A stretch of 64,000 bases of DNA from Oscillospiraceae bacterium (GTDB lineage: Bacteria > Bacillota > Clostridia > Oscillospirales > Oscillospiraceae): the NCBI GenBank assembly GCA_015067975.1, contig SVLK01000001.1, positions 21,513 through 85,512 of the forward strand. Reading direction: 5' to 3'. This document shows positions 40,182 through 50,341 of the stretch, piece by piece. The translations under genes were made by a program, and so were the position numbers. The notes under the pieces are model-generated. The model was not told the DNA's origin, did no database searches, and worked only from the letters and a program-made list of their open reading frames with translations. The first letter of the stretch is position 1, and the number at the start of each line of letters is the position of its first letter.

Positions 40182-41764
40182 ATGATACCTCCTGTAATGT
40201 GTTCGGCGCAGCGCATGCCATCGGCTGCGGCAGAGAGGATACCGCCGGCATAACCGGCGCCTTCTCCGCAGGGATACAGGCCGCGGATGCTGGACTGATA
40301 TGTTTCATCGCGGGGAATGCGGACGGGGGAAGAAGAACGGCTTTCCACAGCGGTAAGCAAGGCGTCGCCGTGGGCGTAGCCGGGGAGTTTTTCCTCCAGC
40401 AGCGGCAGTGCCAGCTCCAGCGTTTCAGCCACAAAGGGCGGCAGACACCGGTGCAGGTCGCACCACGTAACGCCGGGGCGATAGCTGGGTTTCACTGTGC
40501 CGGGACCGGTGGATGGGCGGCGCAGCAGGAAATCCTCCACCCGCTGACAAGGCGCGTGATAAGGGGTAGCCCCCATAGCGAAAGCGGCCTCCTCCAGTGT
40601 GCGCTGGAAAGCAATGCCAGCCAGAGGGTGGTCGGTGGGGAAGTCGTGGGGCGTCACATTCACCAGCAGCGCACCGTTGATGTTCTCCCGGTCACGGGCA
40701 TACTCGCTCATGCCGTTGGTGACGGTGCGCCCTGTTTCCGAGGCGGCAGCCACTACCTCGCCGCCGGGGCAGACGCAGAAAGAGAACGCGCTGCGCCCAT
40801 TGGGCAGATGGCAGGAGAGCTTATAGGTGGCGGCCCCCAGTGAGGGATGACCGGCAAACGCCTTGTATTGCACCGCGTCAATCGATGACTGGCTGTGTTC
40901 TATGCGAACACCTACGGCAAAGGGCTTGGGCTCCATGGTGATGCCGCAGCCGTGCAGCATTTCAAAGGTGTCCCGGGCGCTGTGCCCCACGGCCAGCACG
41001 GCGTGGCGGCAGGGAAGATGATACGTCTCCTCACCGGCGCGGACGGTCAGTCCGGTCAACGCTCCGCCTTGCGTATGCACTTGCTCCAAGCGATGGCCAA
41101 AGCGGATGTCGCAGCCCAAATCCTGCAGTTTTTTGCGCAGATTCTGCAGCGTAATGTGCAGATAATCGGTACCAATATGCGGTTTTGCGTCGATGAGAAT
41201 GGATTCCGGTGAGCCGCAGGATACCAGCTGCTCCAGAATCCACCGGTGGCGGATATCCTTGGTGCCGGTGTTCAGCTTTCCGTCGGAGAAAGCGCCGGCG
41301 CCGCCTTCGCCGAACTGCACATTGGACTCGGTGTTCAAAACACCCTCGCTCCAGAAACGCTGCACATCCATAGCGCGTTGTTCGGCACACTGTCCGCGCT
41401 CCAGCAGAATGGGGCGCAGACCGGCATAGGAGAGCAGAAGTGCTGCGAACAGACCGGCGGGGCCGGCACCGATGACCACCGGCGGGATTTCCGGTGTCGG
41501 CTGCGCTGCGGGCGGTGTATAGATCTGCGGCGCATAGCGGCTGACGCGGCGGTCGCGGCAGCGGCGCAGCAGCGAGTCCTCTTTTTTGACTTCCACTGCC
41601 ACGGTATAGACGAAATGCAGCTGTTCACGCCCATCTACGGCGCGGCGAAGGACCTGCAAAGACAGGATCTGCTCCGGTGCAATGCGCAGCACTTTGGCGA
41701 CTTTGGCACACAGTTGGGATTCTTTTTCCTCCGGCATCAAACGCAGTTGATCTACGCGCAGCAT
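40178..41764 (-). CDS. FAD-dependent oxidoreductase (COG2509-like)
   Basis: VVIGAGPAGL, SNVQFGEGGAGAFSDGKL, KPHIGTD, FCVCPGG, GEGAGYAGGI; ATG 41764 (or GTG 41773). Confidence 0.88.
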   Translation of the reverse strand: MLRVDQLRLMPEEKESQLCAKVAKVLRIAPEQILSLQVLRRAVDGREQLHFVYTVAVEVKKEDSLLRRCRDRRVSRYAPQIYTPPAAQPTPEIPPVVIGAGPAGLFAALLLSYAGLRPILLERGQCAEQRAMDVQRFWSEGVLNTESNVQFGEGGAGAFSDGKLNTGTKDIRHRWILEQLVSCGSPESILIDAKPHIGTDYLHITLQNLRKKLQDLGCDIRFGHRLEQVHTQGGALTGLTVRAGEETYHLPCRHAVLAVGHSARDTFEMLHGCGITMEPKPFAVGVRIEHSQSSIDAVQYKAFAGHPSLGAATYKLSCHLPNGRSAFSFCVCPGGEVVAAASETGRTVTNGMSEYARDRENINGALLVNVTPHDFPTDHPLAGIAFQRTLEEAAFAMGATPYHAPCQRVEDFLLRRPSTGPGTVKPSYRPGVTWCDLHRCLPPFVAETLELALPLLEEKLPGYAHGDALLTAVESRSSSPVRIPRDETYQSSIRGLYPCGEGAGYAGGILSAAADGMRCAEHITGGII

Positions 41765-41997
41765 TTCGTTCACCTCAATTCACAGAAAGTTAAAAGATGC
41801 TCGGCAAATCTTAAAGCTTGGCTTAAGGTTTGCCCGTATGATAAAACATAAGAAACGGCTTTTGCCCATCATAGCATATTCTGCACCGCCCCACAAGAAC
41901 GAGGGCGGGGATAATTCAAAAAATGGTTGAGATTTCTTCACATTTTTGACATAATGACGCGGTAAGATAAAGATGAAAATAAAGGAGGATTATCCGT

Positions 41998-43398
41998 ATG
42001 TATAATGAAGAGAACCATACCTACCATTACGGCGGAGACAATTCCCTGCCGAAAGACGATTATCAGCCCCAGCGGGCAGCACAGCAGGAAACACCGCACT
42101 ATCAGCAGCCGGTGTACAGTTATGAAACGCCCAAGCCTGCACCGAAGAAGGAACGCAAGGGCTTGAAAATTGCAGCGTTGGTGCTGGCCTGCGCGCTGAT
42201 CAGCGGAGCTTGTGGTTTTGGCGGTGCCTTGCTGGCACGCAATGTCAGCTTCGGTAAGGCGACGATCCAGCACAGTGACCGTACGGTGGCGGAAGTGGAG
42301 ATCCAAAAGGTGGACGGCAAGAACCTGATGACGGCGGCGGAGGTGTATGCCTCTACGGTGAACAGCGTGGTATCCATCAATGTATCCGCTATGTCTACCA
42401 ACATTTTCGGACAGAAAGTGGAGTCCGCCTCTTCCGGCAGTGGCTTCATTATTACCGCTGACGGCTTTATTGTGACCAACTACCACGTGGTGGAGGGTGC
42501 ATCCTCCATTTCCGTAACGCTCTACAATGGCGACACCTATGCCGCCGAGCTGGTAGGCGGCGACAGTGACTACGATCTGGCTGTGCTGAAAGTGCAGGGC
42601 AAAGATCTGACACCTGTGGTGTTGGGCGACAGCACGAAGGTCAATGTGGGTGACACGGTGCTGGCCATCGGCAATCCGCTGGGCGAGCTGACCTTCAGCC
42701 AGAGCCAGGGCGGCGTTTCCTCGGCCAATCGCGCCATCAATGTGGACGGTACGCCGTTCAACATGATTCAGGTGGACGCCTCCATTAACCCCGGCAACTC
42801 CGGCGGCCCGCTGATGAACCTGTACGGCGAAGTGATCGGCATCGTGTCTGCCAAATACTCCAGCTATGCCGACACGGTGGTGGAGGGATTGGGTTTTGCC
42901 ATTCCCATCAGCGATGTGCAGGCCATCATCACGGACATCATGGAAAACGGACAGGTGACCAATAAGCCGTATTTGGCCATCACCGGCGGCACGATGACGG
43001 AGCAGATGGCAGCGCAGTATCAGATCGACCTGACCGAGGGCGTATTCGTCTACTCGGTGGAAAAAAACGGTGCCGGTTACAACGCAGGTCTGCGTTTGGG
43101 CGACGTGATCACCAAGATGGGTGACAAGGAAATCGCCAGCATGGAGGATCTGACAGCGGCCAAGAAGGGCTACAAGGCCGGCGATACCGTAGAAGTGACG
43201 TACTACCGTGACGGAGAGTATCACACCACGCAGCTGACCTTTGATGAACAGCCTGTGATGAGCGGTACGCAGCAGGAGGAACCTAGCAACCAGCAGGGCG
43301 GTAATGAGCAGTACGGCCAGTATCCCTACTACGGCGGCCAGTATGGCAACGGATTTGACATGTTTGACTTCTACGATTATTTCTTCGGCAGAAACTAA
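41998..43398 (+). CDS. htrA: HtrA/DegP-family membrane-anchored serine protease with PDZ domain
   Basis: One TM, GSGFII, VTNYHVV, DLAVLK, DASINPGNSGGPL, PDZ domain (AGLRLGDVI). Confidence 0.93.
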   Translation: MYNEENHTYHYGGDNSLPKDDYQPQRAAQQETPHYQQPVYSYETPKPAPKKERKGLKIAALVLACALISGACGFGGALLARNVSFGKATIQHSDRTVAEVEIQKVDGKNLMTAAEVYASTVNSVVSINVSAMSTNIFGQKVESASSGSGFIITADGFIVTNYHVVEGASSISVTLYNGDTYAAELVGGDSDYDLAVLKVQGKDLTPVVLGDSTKVNVGDTVLAIGNPLGELTFSQSQGGVSSANRAINVDGTPFNMIQVDASINPGNSGGPLMNLYGEVIGIVSAKYSSYADTVVEGLGFAIPISDVQAIITDIMENGQVTNKPYLAITGGTMTEQMAAQYQIDLTEGVFVYSVEKNGAGYNAGLRLGDVITKMGDKEIASMEDLTAAKKGYKAGDTVEVTYYRDGEYHTTQLTFDEQPVMSGTQQEEPSNQQGGNEQYGQYPYYGGQYGNGFDMFDFYDYFFGRN

Positions 43399-43425
43399 AC
43401 ATTTGACTGTCCCGTTTTTGCAGTG

Positions 43426-43463
43426 AAAAAGCAGCAGCGCCATAAAGCGCTGCTGCTTTTTTT
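43426..43463 (+). terminator. Intrinsic terminator after htrA
   Basis: AAAAAGCAGCAGCGC-CATAAA-GCGCTGCTGCTTTTTTT. Confidence 0.85.
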
Positions 43464-43707
43464 GTGAGGTGGGATTTGCAGATTTTAGTGTTTTTTATCC
43501 AAATACAGATGAAACATCAGCGGAGCAGCGCATTTGCATCAAAATGCAGGGATTTTTTTGTTAAAAAAAGACAGGAAAAAACATAAATAACAGAGGGAAG
43601 TTTTGGATAAAAAGGAAGTATTTGGTGAAAACATACAAAAATAAAGATTAAGTATTGTCATTACAAACAATATTTGAAAGAAGAAGAGTGGAATCTTGCG
43701 ATTGTTA

Positions 43708-43742
43708 TTGCAAATTTCTGCAAATGGCAATATAATTGCCAT
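43708..43742 (+). promoter_or_regulatory. Promoter of the GDPD/ABC operon with a palindrome over the -10
   Basis: TTGCAA 43708-43713, 17 bp, TATAAT 43731-43736; ATGGCAAT-ATA-ATTGCCAT 43724-43742. Confidence 0.65.
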
Positions 43743-43778
43743 GTTATAGAGGTGAGTCAGATGCTTTGGGAGGGTGCG

Positions 43779-45146
43779 ATGAAAAAAAGAGCGCTTTTGC
43801 TTTTGACGCTGGGTGTGTTGACGCTGGCCGTGTCGCTGCTGCTGAGCGGCTGCGGCGGCAAAGCCTCGCTGGAAGACTATACGATCGTCATTGCGGATGA
43901 GGCCGATGAGCGTACGTTCAATGCAGCACGCGAGGTGCAGACATACCTTAAGGAATTGGCAGGAAAAACACCTGCGATGACCGGCGATGCCAGTGCCGGA
44001 ACGGAGCAGGAGATCCTGATCGGTACGCTGAACCGTGCAGAACGGGACAAGGCTGTGGAAGGCGAGCTTGTGACCACCATGGACTATGTGATCAAGGTGG
44101 TGGACAAAAAGATCGTGATTGCAGGTGCCAGTACCTTTGCAACGGCAGCGGCTGCAGATAAGTTTTTGCAGCTGGCGCAGGCGGAGGAACTGCAGCTGAA
44201 GAACGGCTGGTCCTATACATATCATTTTGATCCCGCATGGATGAATCCTCTGTGCAACGATCCGGAATCCTTCGTGCCTGTGTGGGCGGATACTTTTACG
44301 CCGCCGGAGTGGATGCTGGACCCCTATGAGTCCATGTATGCGGTGACCCATGCAACGGACCGCATGGCCAGTCTGGCGCACAGAACAGACTTTGTGTACT
44401 ATCCGGAATGCTCGCTGGAGGGTATGCTCAGCTGCATTATGGCTGGTGTGGATGCCATCGAGTTGGACGTCCGCCTGACCAAAGACAACATTCCTGTGGT
44501 GCTGCATGATGAAAAGCTGAACCGCTTGACCGACTTCGGTTCCAAAGCGGGAAAGGACGGATTGCCTGCCTCGGAATATGTGGGCGACTGGACCTATGAG
44601 CAGCTGCGGGAACTGAATATGCTGATGAGCGACGGTTCTTTGACGGATTACAAGGTGCCTACACTCTATGAGTGCCTGTATCTAGCCGGCCAGTATGACA
44701 CCATGCTGACGCTGGATGAAAAGGCGGATGAAACCGCGACGCCTGTATTTGCTGCGACGGAAACCTCCTGTCTGTTGGATGATATGCAATCCATTGCCGT
44801 ACAGACCGATACGCTGGACAATCTGTTGTACTACTACAGATATTGGAAAAAAGTGGGCAGCAGAGACTACTTCATGAATGTGGAGGGTGGCAGTGATAAG
44901 TACTACGAAATGGTGGAGTTCTGGTTTGACTGCGAGGAAGACGGTGCCCTGAACAAGGTCTGGTCCTTCTGGGGCGACAGCCGGTACAAGAGCTGGGGCC
45001 AGGGCGGCGGTTATGAGAAAGACAGTTTCTGGAAAACGTGGTTTGACGAAGGCATCCGTACCATGTGGTCCAACAAGGCTGTGGACCATGCGATGTATAT
45101 TGCAGAAAACTACAGTCCGGCCGACTATTCGGCATTGAAGAAATAA
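43779..45146 (+). CDS. Surface lipoprotein: GH20/GH67-type N-terminal domain fused to a divergent glycerophosphodiester phosphodiesterase (GDPD) domain
   Basis: Lipobox LSGC; YTIVI..EILIG..NR..YVIK...KIVIAG domain; AHRT...PECSL...VDAIELDVRLTKD..PVVLHD..LNRLT..TYEQLREL..VPTL GDPD motifs; ATG 43779. Confidence 0.82.
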   Translation: MKKRALLLLTLGVLTLAVSLLLSGCGGKASLEDYTIVIADEADERTFNAAREVQTYLKELAGKTPAMTGDASAGTEQEILIGTLNRAERDKAVEGELVTTMDYVIKVVDKKIVIAGASTFATAAAADKFLQLAQAEELQLKNGWSYTYHFDPAWMNPLCNDPESFVPVWADTFTPPEWMLDPYESMYAVTHATDRMASLAHRTDFVYYPECSLEGMLSCIMAGVDAIELDVRLTKDNIPVVLHDEKLNRLTDFGSKAGKDGLPASEYVGDWTYEQLRELNMLMSDGSLTDYKVPTLYECLYLAGQYDTMLTLDEKADETATPVFAATETSCLLDDMQSIAVQTDTLDNLLYYYRYWKKVGSRDYFMNVEGGSDKYYEMVEFWFDCEEDGALNKVWSFWGDSRYKSWGQGGGYEKDSFWKTWFDEGIRTMWSNKAVDHAMYIAENYSPADYSALKK

Positions 45147-45184
45147 TTACCCAAAATGCGATTTTAGAAAAGGAGTGGGGTACA

Positions 45185-46081
45185 GTGAACGAACAGCAGA
45201 TGTTGCATCTGCAGGCAGTGAAGAAGAAGAAACGGCGCAAAAAGGTGCTGCCGTATCTGTTCATTCTTCCGACGGTCCTCATGTATTGCTCGTGGTGTTA
45301 TTTCCCTTTCATCAAGAGCATCGTTTTGTCCATGACGGTCAGTAATGCCCGAGGCGAAATTAAAAAGTGGGTTTGGTTTGATAACTTTATCCGCTTGTTC
45401 CAGGACGAAAAGACATGGAAGATTCTGGGAAATACCTTTAAATTTGCTCTGATGCTGGGCATTGGCACACTGATGGTGTCTATGATCCTCTCTCTGCTGT
45501 CGGTGGAGAAGGTGCGCTTCTGCCGTGTCTACCAGACCATGTATGCATTGCCCATGGCGGTGGCTTCCGTGGCAGCATCCGTGGCCTTCAAGCAGATCTA
45601 TAAGGCAGAGGGCCTGCTCAATGCCGTGATCGGCGGCGAGACCAACTGGCTGCTGCAGGAGAATACGGCCATCTGGGCCGTGGCCGTTGCCAGTATCTGG
45701 TGTGCGGTCGGTTCCAGCTTCCTGTTCTTGCTGGTGGGCTTCCGTAATGTGCCGCTGGATCTGCTGGAGAGCAGCAAGATGGACGGTGCCAACGGTCTGC
45801 AGCGGATCCTCAAGATCATGCTGCCCTGTGCCTCTCCCCAGATTTTCTTTGTTATTTTCCTGAATATCAACAGTTCCTTCAAATCGTTTGCCATGATCCG
45901 TCAGCTGACCGGCGGCGGACCCAACAACTCGACCATGGTGCTGACCTACGAGATCTACTCGCAGGCAATCCTGCACGGACGATTTGAAACAGCTTGTGCC
46001 GAGGCGATGATGCTCTGCCTGATCATTGTGATCTTCCAGCGCATTCAGTTCCGCCTGGAGAACAAGCTGGTGGTATATTAA
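45185..46081 (+). CDS. Carbohydrate ABC permease (UgpA-like)
   Basis: PYLFILP, WVWFDNF, NVPLDLLESSKMDGA EAA loop, LTGGGPNNST; GTG start 45185. Confidence 0.92.
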   Translation: MNEQQMLHLQAVKKKKRRKKVLPYLFILPTVLMYCSWCYFPFIKSIVLSMTVSNARGEIKKWVWFDNFIRLFQDEKTWKILGNTFKFALMLGIGTLMVSMILSLLSVEKVRFCRVYQTMYALPMAVASVAASVAFKQIYKAEGLLNAVIGGETNWLLQENTAIWAVAVASIWCAVGSSFLFLLVGFRNVPLDLLESSKMDGANGLQRILKIMLPCASPQIFFVIFLNINSSFKSFAMIRQLTGGGPNNSTMVLTYEIYSQAILHGRFETACAEAMMLCLIIVIFQRIQFRLENKLVVY

Positions 46082-46093
46082 GGGGGGGGAGCA

Positions 46094-46963
46094 ATGAGTA
46101 CGAGTAATTCTCTGCTGGCGTCTCCCAGCAAGCAGCACATGAAGCGCCGCGCCAAGGCGGTTCTCGCCTTCATTTTTAAGGTCGGTCTCGGTCTGGTGAT
46201 CCTGTTCCCCGTGTTCGTTATGGCATCCTGGAGCTTGCGCCCCGATGCTGAATTGGTGCAGTACGGTGCAACACTGTTTCCCAAGACGTGGACGCTGGAA
46301 TACTACAAGTGGGCTTTTGAAAATCTGAATTTGATTCGCTATATCATGAATAGCTTTATTCAGTTTTTCATCATCTTTGCGGGCCATGTGATCCTCTCCA
46401 GTCTGGCGGCCTATGCTTTCGTCTTCTTTAAGTTCAAGGGTGCTGCGCTGATCTTTACCATGATCCTGGTGGCACAGGTGATCCCCGGCGAGGTAACTGT
46501 CATCGCCAACTACATTACCATTCAGAAGCTGGGCCTGATCGACACCTTTGCCGGTTTGACGCTGCCCTCTCTGGTATCCGGTATGTCCATCTTCATGCTG
46601 CGCCAGTACTTCCTGACGATCCCCAAGGAACTGAAGGAGGCTTCGGAGCTGGACGGCTGCGGCGATGTTCGCTTCCTGCTGAAGATCCTGCTGCCGATCT
46701 CTGTTCCTACATACGCCTCTCTGGCCATTTATGACTTCATCGGCGTGTACAACTCCTGGTTCTGGCCTCTGCTGGTCACCAACTCCGATGATATGCGTAC
46801 GGTGCAGATCGGTCTGGCTCAGGCCATGGGCGGTCAGGTCTACGATGAGTACGGCCGTGTTCTGGCGGCAGCTACCGTGGCGGTTATTCCCACTATCGTG
46901 GTGTTCGTTATCGGTCAGGAATATCTGATCCGCGGCATGGTATCCGGCTCGGTCAAGGGCTGA
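46094..46963 (+). CDS. Carbohydrate ABC permease (UgpE-like)
   Basis: LAAYAF, FMLRQYFLTIPKELKEASELDG, WFWPLLVT, RTVQIGL, GSVKG. Confidence 0.93.
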   Translation: MSTSNSLLASPSKQHMKRRAKAVLAFIFKVGLGLVILFPVFVMASWSLRPDAELVQYGATLFPKTWTLEYYKWAFENLNLIRYIMNSFIQFFIIFAGHVILSSLAAYAFVFFKFKGAALIFTMILVAQVIPGEVTVIANYITIQKLGLIDTFAGLTLPSLVSGMSIFMLRQYFLTIPKELKEASELDGCGDVRFLLKILLPISVPTYASLAIYDFIGVYNSWFWPLLVTNSDDMRTVQIGLAQAMGGQVYDEYGRVLAAATVAVIPTIVVFVIGQEYLIRGMVSGSVKG

Positions 46964-47010
46964 TACAAAAAAGTTTCTTTTTTCACATTTAAAATAACAG
47001 GAGGAAGAAA

Positions 47011-48399
47011 ATGAAAAAGATGAAAAAAATGCTGGCTTTGATGCTGGCTATGCTGATGGCGCTGTCTCTGGTCGCCTGCGGCGACAAGGGCGGAAGCAGC
47101 AAGCCTGACAGCGGCAAGAGCGACGGCCCTGTGGAAGTGCTGGTCTGGTCTGCTTTCCAGGCTCCCATTGATGCAGAGCTGCAGGCTGCTGCCGATGCAT
47201 TCAACGCTTCTCAGGACAAGTATAAGGTCAAGATCCAGTTCCAGGGCCAGTTTACCGAAATTTTCACCAAGCTGACCACGACGCTGAACCAGAAGGACCT
47301 GCCCGAACTGACGGTGGTCAGCACGGAGCTGGCCGGCACCTATGCTATGGCCGAAGGATTGATCCGTCCCCTCAGCCACTACTGCAGTGCTGATGACGAA
47401 GTGTGGGCTAAGCTGAACGGTAACTTGAAGTATGTCTGGGGCAACGGCGATGGCGATCCCATCTACTATCCCTATGGTAACAGCCTGTACGGCAGCTTTG
47501 TCAACGCTGAGATCTTTGAGGCTGCCGGTATTGATCCCTACACCGCACTGACTTCTACCAAGGGCCTGTATGAGGCCTGTAAGAAGCTGGTGGACGGCGG
47601 CTACTGCAAGTACGGTATCGGCGTGGATAGCTGGGGCGGCTTTGTTTGGTATGCTCTGGCTGCTGCCGGTATTCAGGTCATGGATAACAACAATGGCCGT
47701 GACGGTATTCCCACCAAGATGCTGCTGGATACCCCCGAGGTCAGCGCTGCTCTGTACGACTATTTCTATTACTTCCGCAAGATGCAGCAGGAAGGCCTGA
47801 TGGTTCCCTACGGTTCTTCCTGGGGCGATGAGGTCCTGCCCGCATTTGCCAACGGCAGTTGCGCCGTTGCTACCGGGTCCATTGCCGCTTTTATCCGCGT
47901 GGAGACCGCTCTGGCCGCCGATCCCTTTGCGGTAGCTTATGTCCCCTGCTGGTCTGCCGTGGATCTGGGAAGCATCCCCGAAGGTTATTCCGCTTCCGGT
48001 ACCGGTCTGGGTATCGTGGAAAACGGTGACGAGGAAGCCATGGAAGGTGCATGGGAATTCATCAAGTTCACTAGCAATCCTGAGTTCCAGGAGTCCCTGT
48101 GCTTGGCCTCCGGCTATCTGCCCGTCACCAAGGAGGGTTATGAGTCTGCCGGTTATCAGGATTTCGTGACCAACCGTTTCCCCGCCGCTGCCAAGGCTTT
48201 CGAACTGCAGCAGAACGCCGCCATCGATGCCAAGCACATCAATCCTTTGAATCCTGTCAACAACGCTTGCCAGGATGCCACGCAGGAAGCTTGGTCCATG
48301 ATTATGACGGATCTTACCTGCGATATCAATGAGGTCATCGCTACTATGCAGAAGGACACCCAGATCGCTCTGGATCTGTGGCTGGATACCAACACCTAA
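47011..48399 (+). CDS. Family-1 extracellular solute-binding lipoprotein (UgpB-like)
   Basis: Lipobox LVAC, FNASQDKYKV..QFQG, NAEIFEAAGID, AWEFIKF, SGYLPV. Confidence 0.9.
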   Translation: MKKMKKMLALMLAMLMALSLVACGDKGGSSKPDSGKSDGPVEVLVWSAFQAPIDAELQAAADAFNASQDKYKVKIQFQGQFTEIFTKLTTTLNQKDLPELTVVSTELAGTYAMAEGLIRPLSHYCSADDEVWAKLNGNLKYVWGNGDGDPIYYPYGNSLYGSFVNAEIFEAAGIDPYTALTSTKGLYEACKKLVDGGYCKYGIGVDSWGGFVWYALAAAGIQVMDNNNGRDGIPTKMLLDTPEVSAALYDYFYYFRKMQQEGLMVPYGSSWGDEVLPAFANGSCAVATGSIAAFIRVETALAADPFAVAYVPCWSAVDLGSIPEGYSASGTGLGIVENGDEEAMEGAWEFIKFTSNPEFQESLCLASGYLPVTKEGYESAGYQDFVTNRFPAAAKAFELQQNAAIDAKHINPLNPVNNACQDATQEAWSMIMTDLTCDINEVIATMQKDTQIALDLWLDTNT

Positions 48400-48484
48400 T
48401 TAAAACAATAATCCGTGAGGTGCCTGTGCTTGTCACGGGCACCTCGTTCTTTTGAGTTTCTGAAATTGACAGGAGACAAACACC

Positions 48485-49564
48485 ATGAAAAATGTTATCA
48501 TCATTGACGGGGCGACGCCGCAGTGGAAAGGAAATCTGCACCTGCACACCAGCCGTTCCCATGACAGTAAATATCACTATCTGGACGTATTCGATGAGTT
48601 GAAGAGCAAGGGCTACCACTTCTGCGCCGTCACGGACCACGAGGTTTACTGGGATAGCGAGGAGGGGCATACCGACACCTTTATCACGCTGCCCGGCGTG
48701 GAGACGATTTTGAAGACCAATGTGGACCGCGAGTGGAATGTGGATCTGCGGCGCAAGTTTATCCACATCAATGCGATCAAGGATGTGACCCGGGAGTGCG
48801 ATAAGCCCTTCAAACACGATGAACGGATGCTGCGCTGCTACGATCAGGGTCTGGACTGCATGAACGAATATATCCGCTATCTGGTAGAAGAGCGCGGACA
48901 GATCGTGCAGATGAATCACCCGGATTGGTCCCACATGGAGCCGGAAGTGCTGATGGCAACGCACAACATTTTTGCTTTTGAGGTGTTTAACTCCGGCGCG
49001 ATGCGCTATGCCGGCGGACAAACGGATGACTGGCGTTGGGATTTTTGTCTGGAACGTGGACGCAAGTTGTTGGCTACGGCGGCGGATGACTCCCACACTT
49101 ACGGACCTGATCACATTGAGTGCGGAGCAGGCTTTACCATGGTGCACACGGAGGACTTCTCCCGGTACGGTATCGTCAAGGCACTGAAGGAAGGCAAATT
49201 CTATGCCTCCACCGGTCCGAAAATCTATGACATGCGTGTGGAAGACGGTATGCTGAAGATGCAGTTTTCCGATGCGCGGTTCGTGCAGATCGTCGGATTC
49301 GGCTATTCCAGTCACTTCAGTGGCAACCGGGGCAAGAGCTTTGGTGCCCTGCCCGGCCAGGTGCTCAATTCCATCGAGTGGAAAATTGGCGAAAAACTGA
49401 ACTATTTCCGCGTGCGTGTGGTGGATCATCAGGGTGAGGTGGCGTGGTCGCAGCCGGTGTTTGTGGACGAGCTGATCGAGCATCCGCCCATCGAGGGTCG
49501 CGAGACCCGCTCTCCCAGCTGGTCGTTCCCCCGTTATCTGGACGAGATTAAGGAGCAAAATTGA
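48485..49564 (+). CDS. PHP-domain metallo-phosphoesterase (CehA/McbA-like)
   Basis: WKGNLHLHT, AVTDHE, PGVE, HINA, NHPDWS, FEVFN, ADDSH, ALKEGKFYASTGP. Confidence 0.85.
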   Translation: MKNVIIIDGATPQWKGNLHLHTSRSHDSKYHYLDVFDELKSKGYHFCAVTDHEVYWDSEEGHTDTFITLPGVETILKTNVDREWNVDLRRKFIHINAIKDVTRECDKPFKHDERMLRCYDQGLDCMNEYIRYLVEERGQIVQMNHPDWSHMEPEVLMATHNIFAFEVFNSGAMRYAGGQTDDWRWDFCLERGRKLLATAADDSHTYGPDHIECGAGFTMVHTEDFSRYGIVKALKEGKFYASTGPKIYDMRVEDGMLKMQFSDARFVQIVGFGYSSHFSGNRGKSFGALPGQVLNSIEWKIGEKLNYFRVRVVDHQGEVAWSQPVFVDELIEHPPIEGRETRSPSWSFPRYLDEIKEQN

Positions 49565-50271
49565 AAAAGAAGAACGTTTTTTTCAAAAAAATTCAAGAAA
49601 CGGTAAAAAAATGGCATCCGGACTATGTGCCGGCACAGGATCTGACAGAACCGGTGCCGGAGGCAGGCTGGAAGCGCTACGTTTTTTTGCTGCGTAACCA
49701 CTTTGTCAAGTTGTTGTGCTGCAGCTCTGTATACCTGCTCACCTGTATTCCTGTGGTGACGATTCCGGCTGCTACGGCTGGATTGTGCCATGTGATGATG
49801 GAACTGGAACGCAAGGGTAATGTGGTCAGCTGGTGGAATGCCTATTTTGTCGGCTTCCGTGACCGCTTTTTTGACCGGCTACTGCTGGGTCTGGGAAGTG
49901 TTTCAATTCCTTGCTGCATGGCGATTTTGCTGCTGAGCCTGCAGGTCAAAGAAACGGTAGCTTTGTGCATTGCTTTTGGCATATATCTGCTATGCAATAG
50001 TGTGTGGCAGTACTTTCTTGTGCTGCAGGATGTGATGGACCTGAAGTTGGGGCAGAACCTGCGTAATGCGGTGCTTTTGGCGCTGACCAACCTGAAGACA
50101 ACACTGGTTCTGGTGGTCTGTGCGCTGGTCTTTACGGGAATCATTCTGTATTTGTTCCCCTACTGGGTGATCCCGTTTGCCTTTTTTGGCTTTGCCGCAA
50201 AGCAGCTGCTCTTCTGCAGTCTGATCTGGCCCATTGCAAAACAAAGGCTTGTGGTGGAAGAGAACGTATAA
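49561..50271 (+). CDS. YesL/DUF624-like integral membrane protein
   Basis: CIPVVTIPAATAGL, F..F, NAVLLA; several TMs; TTG start overlapping the PHP stop. Confidence 0.72.
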   Translation: MKKKNVFFKKIQETVKKWHPDYVPAQDLTEPVPEAGWKRYVFLLRNHFVKLLCCSSVYLLTCIPVVTIPAATAGLCHVMMELERKGNVVSWWNAYFVGFRDRFFDRLLLGLGSVSIPCCMAILLLSLQVKETVALCIAFGIYLLCNSVWQYFLVLQDVMDLKLGQNLRNAVLLALTNLKTTLVLVVCALVFTGIILYLFPYWVIPFAFFGFAAKQLLFCSLIWPIAKQRLVVEENV

Positions 50272-50320
50272 TTAAAAAAGCAGAAGTCACACATAAAGTG
50301 ACTTCTGCTTTTTTAATTAT
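50268..50320. terminator. Bidirectional terminator (23-bp stem)
   Basis: ATAATTAAAAAAGCAGAAGTCAC-ACATAAA-GTGACTTCTGCTTTTTTAATTAT. Confidence 0.85.
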
Positions 50321-50341
50321 GTGGGAATGTGTGGATGGCAC

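Noticed and set aside
45185-48399. Missing ATPase in the Ugp-like ABC transporter as a sign of decay
   Set aside because: Firmicute carbohydrate ABC importers commonly share an ATPase encoded elsewhere (MsmX/MsmK type).
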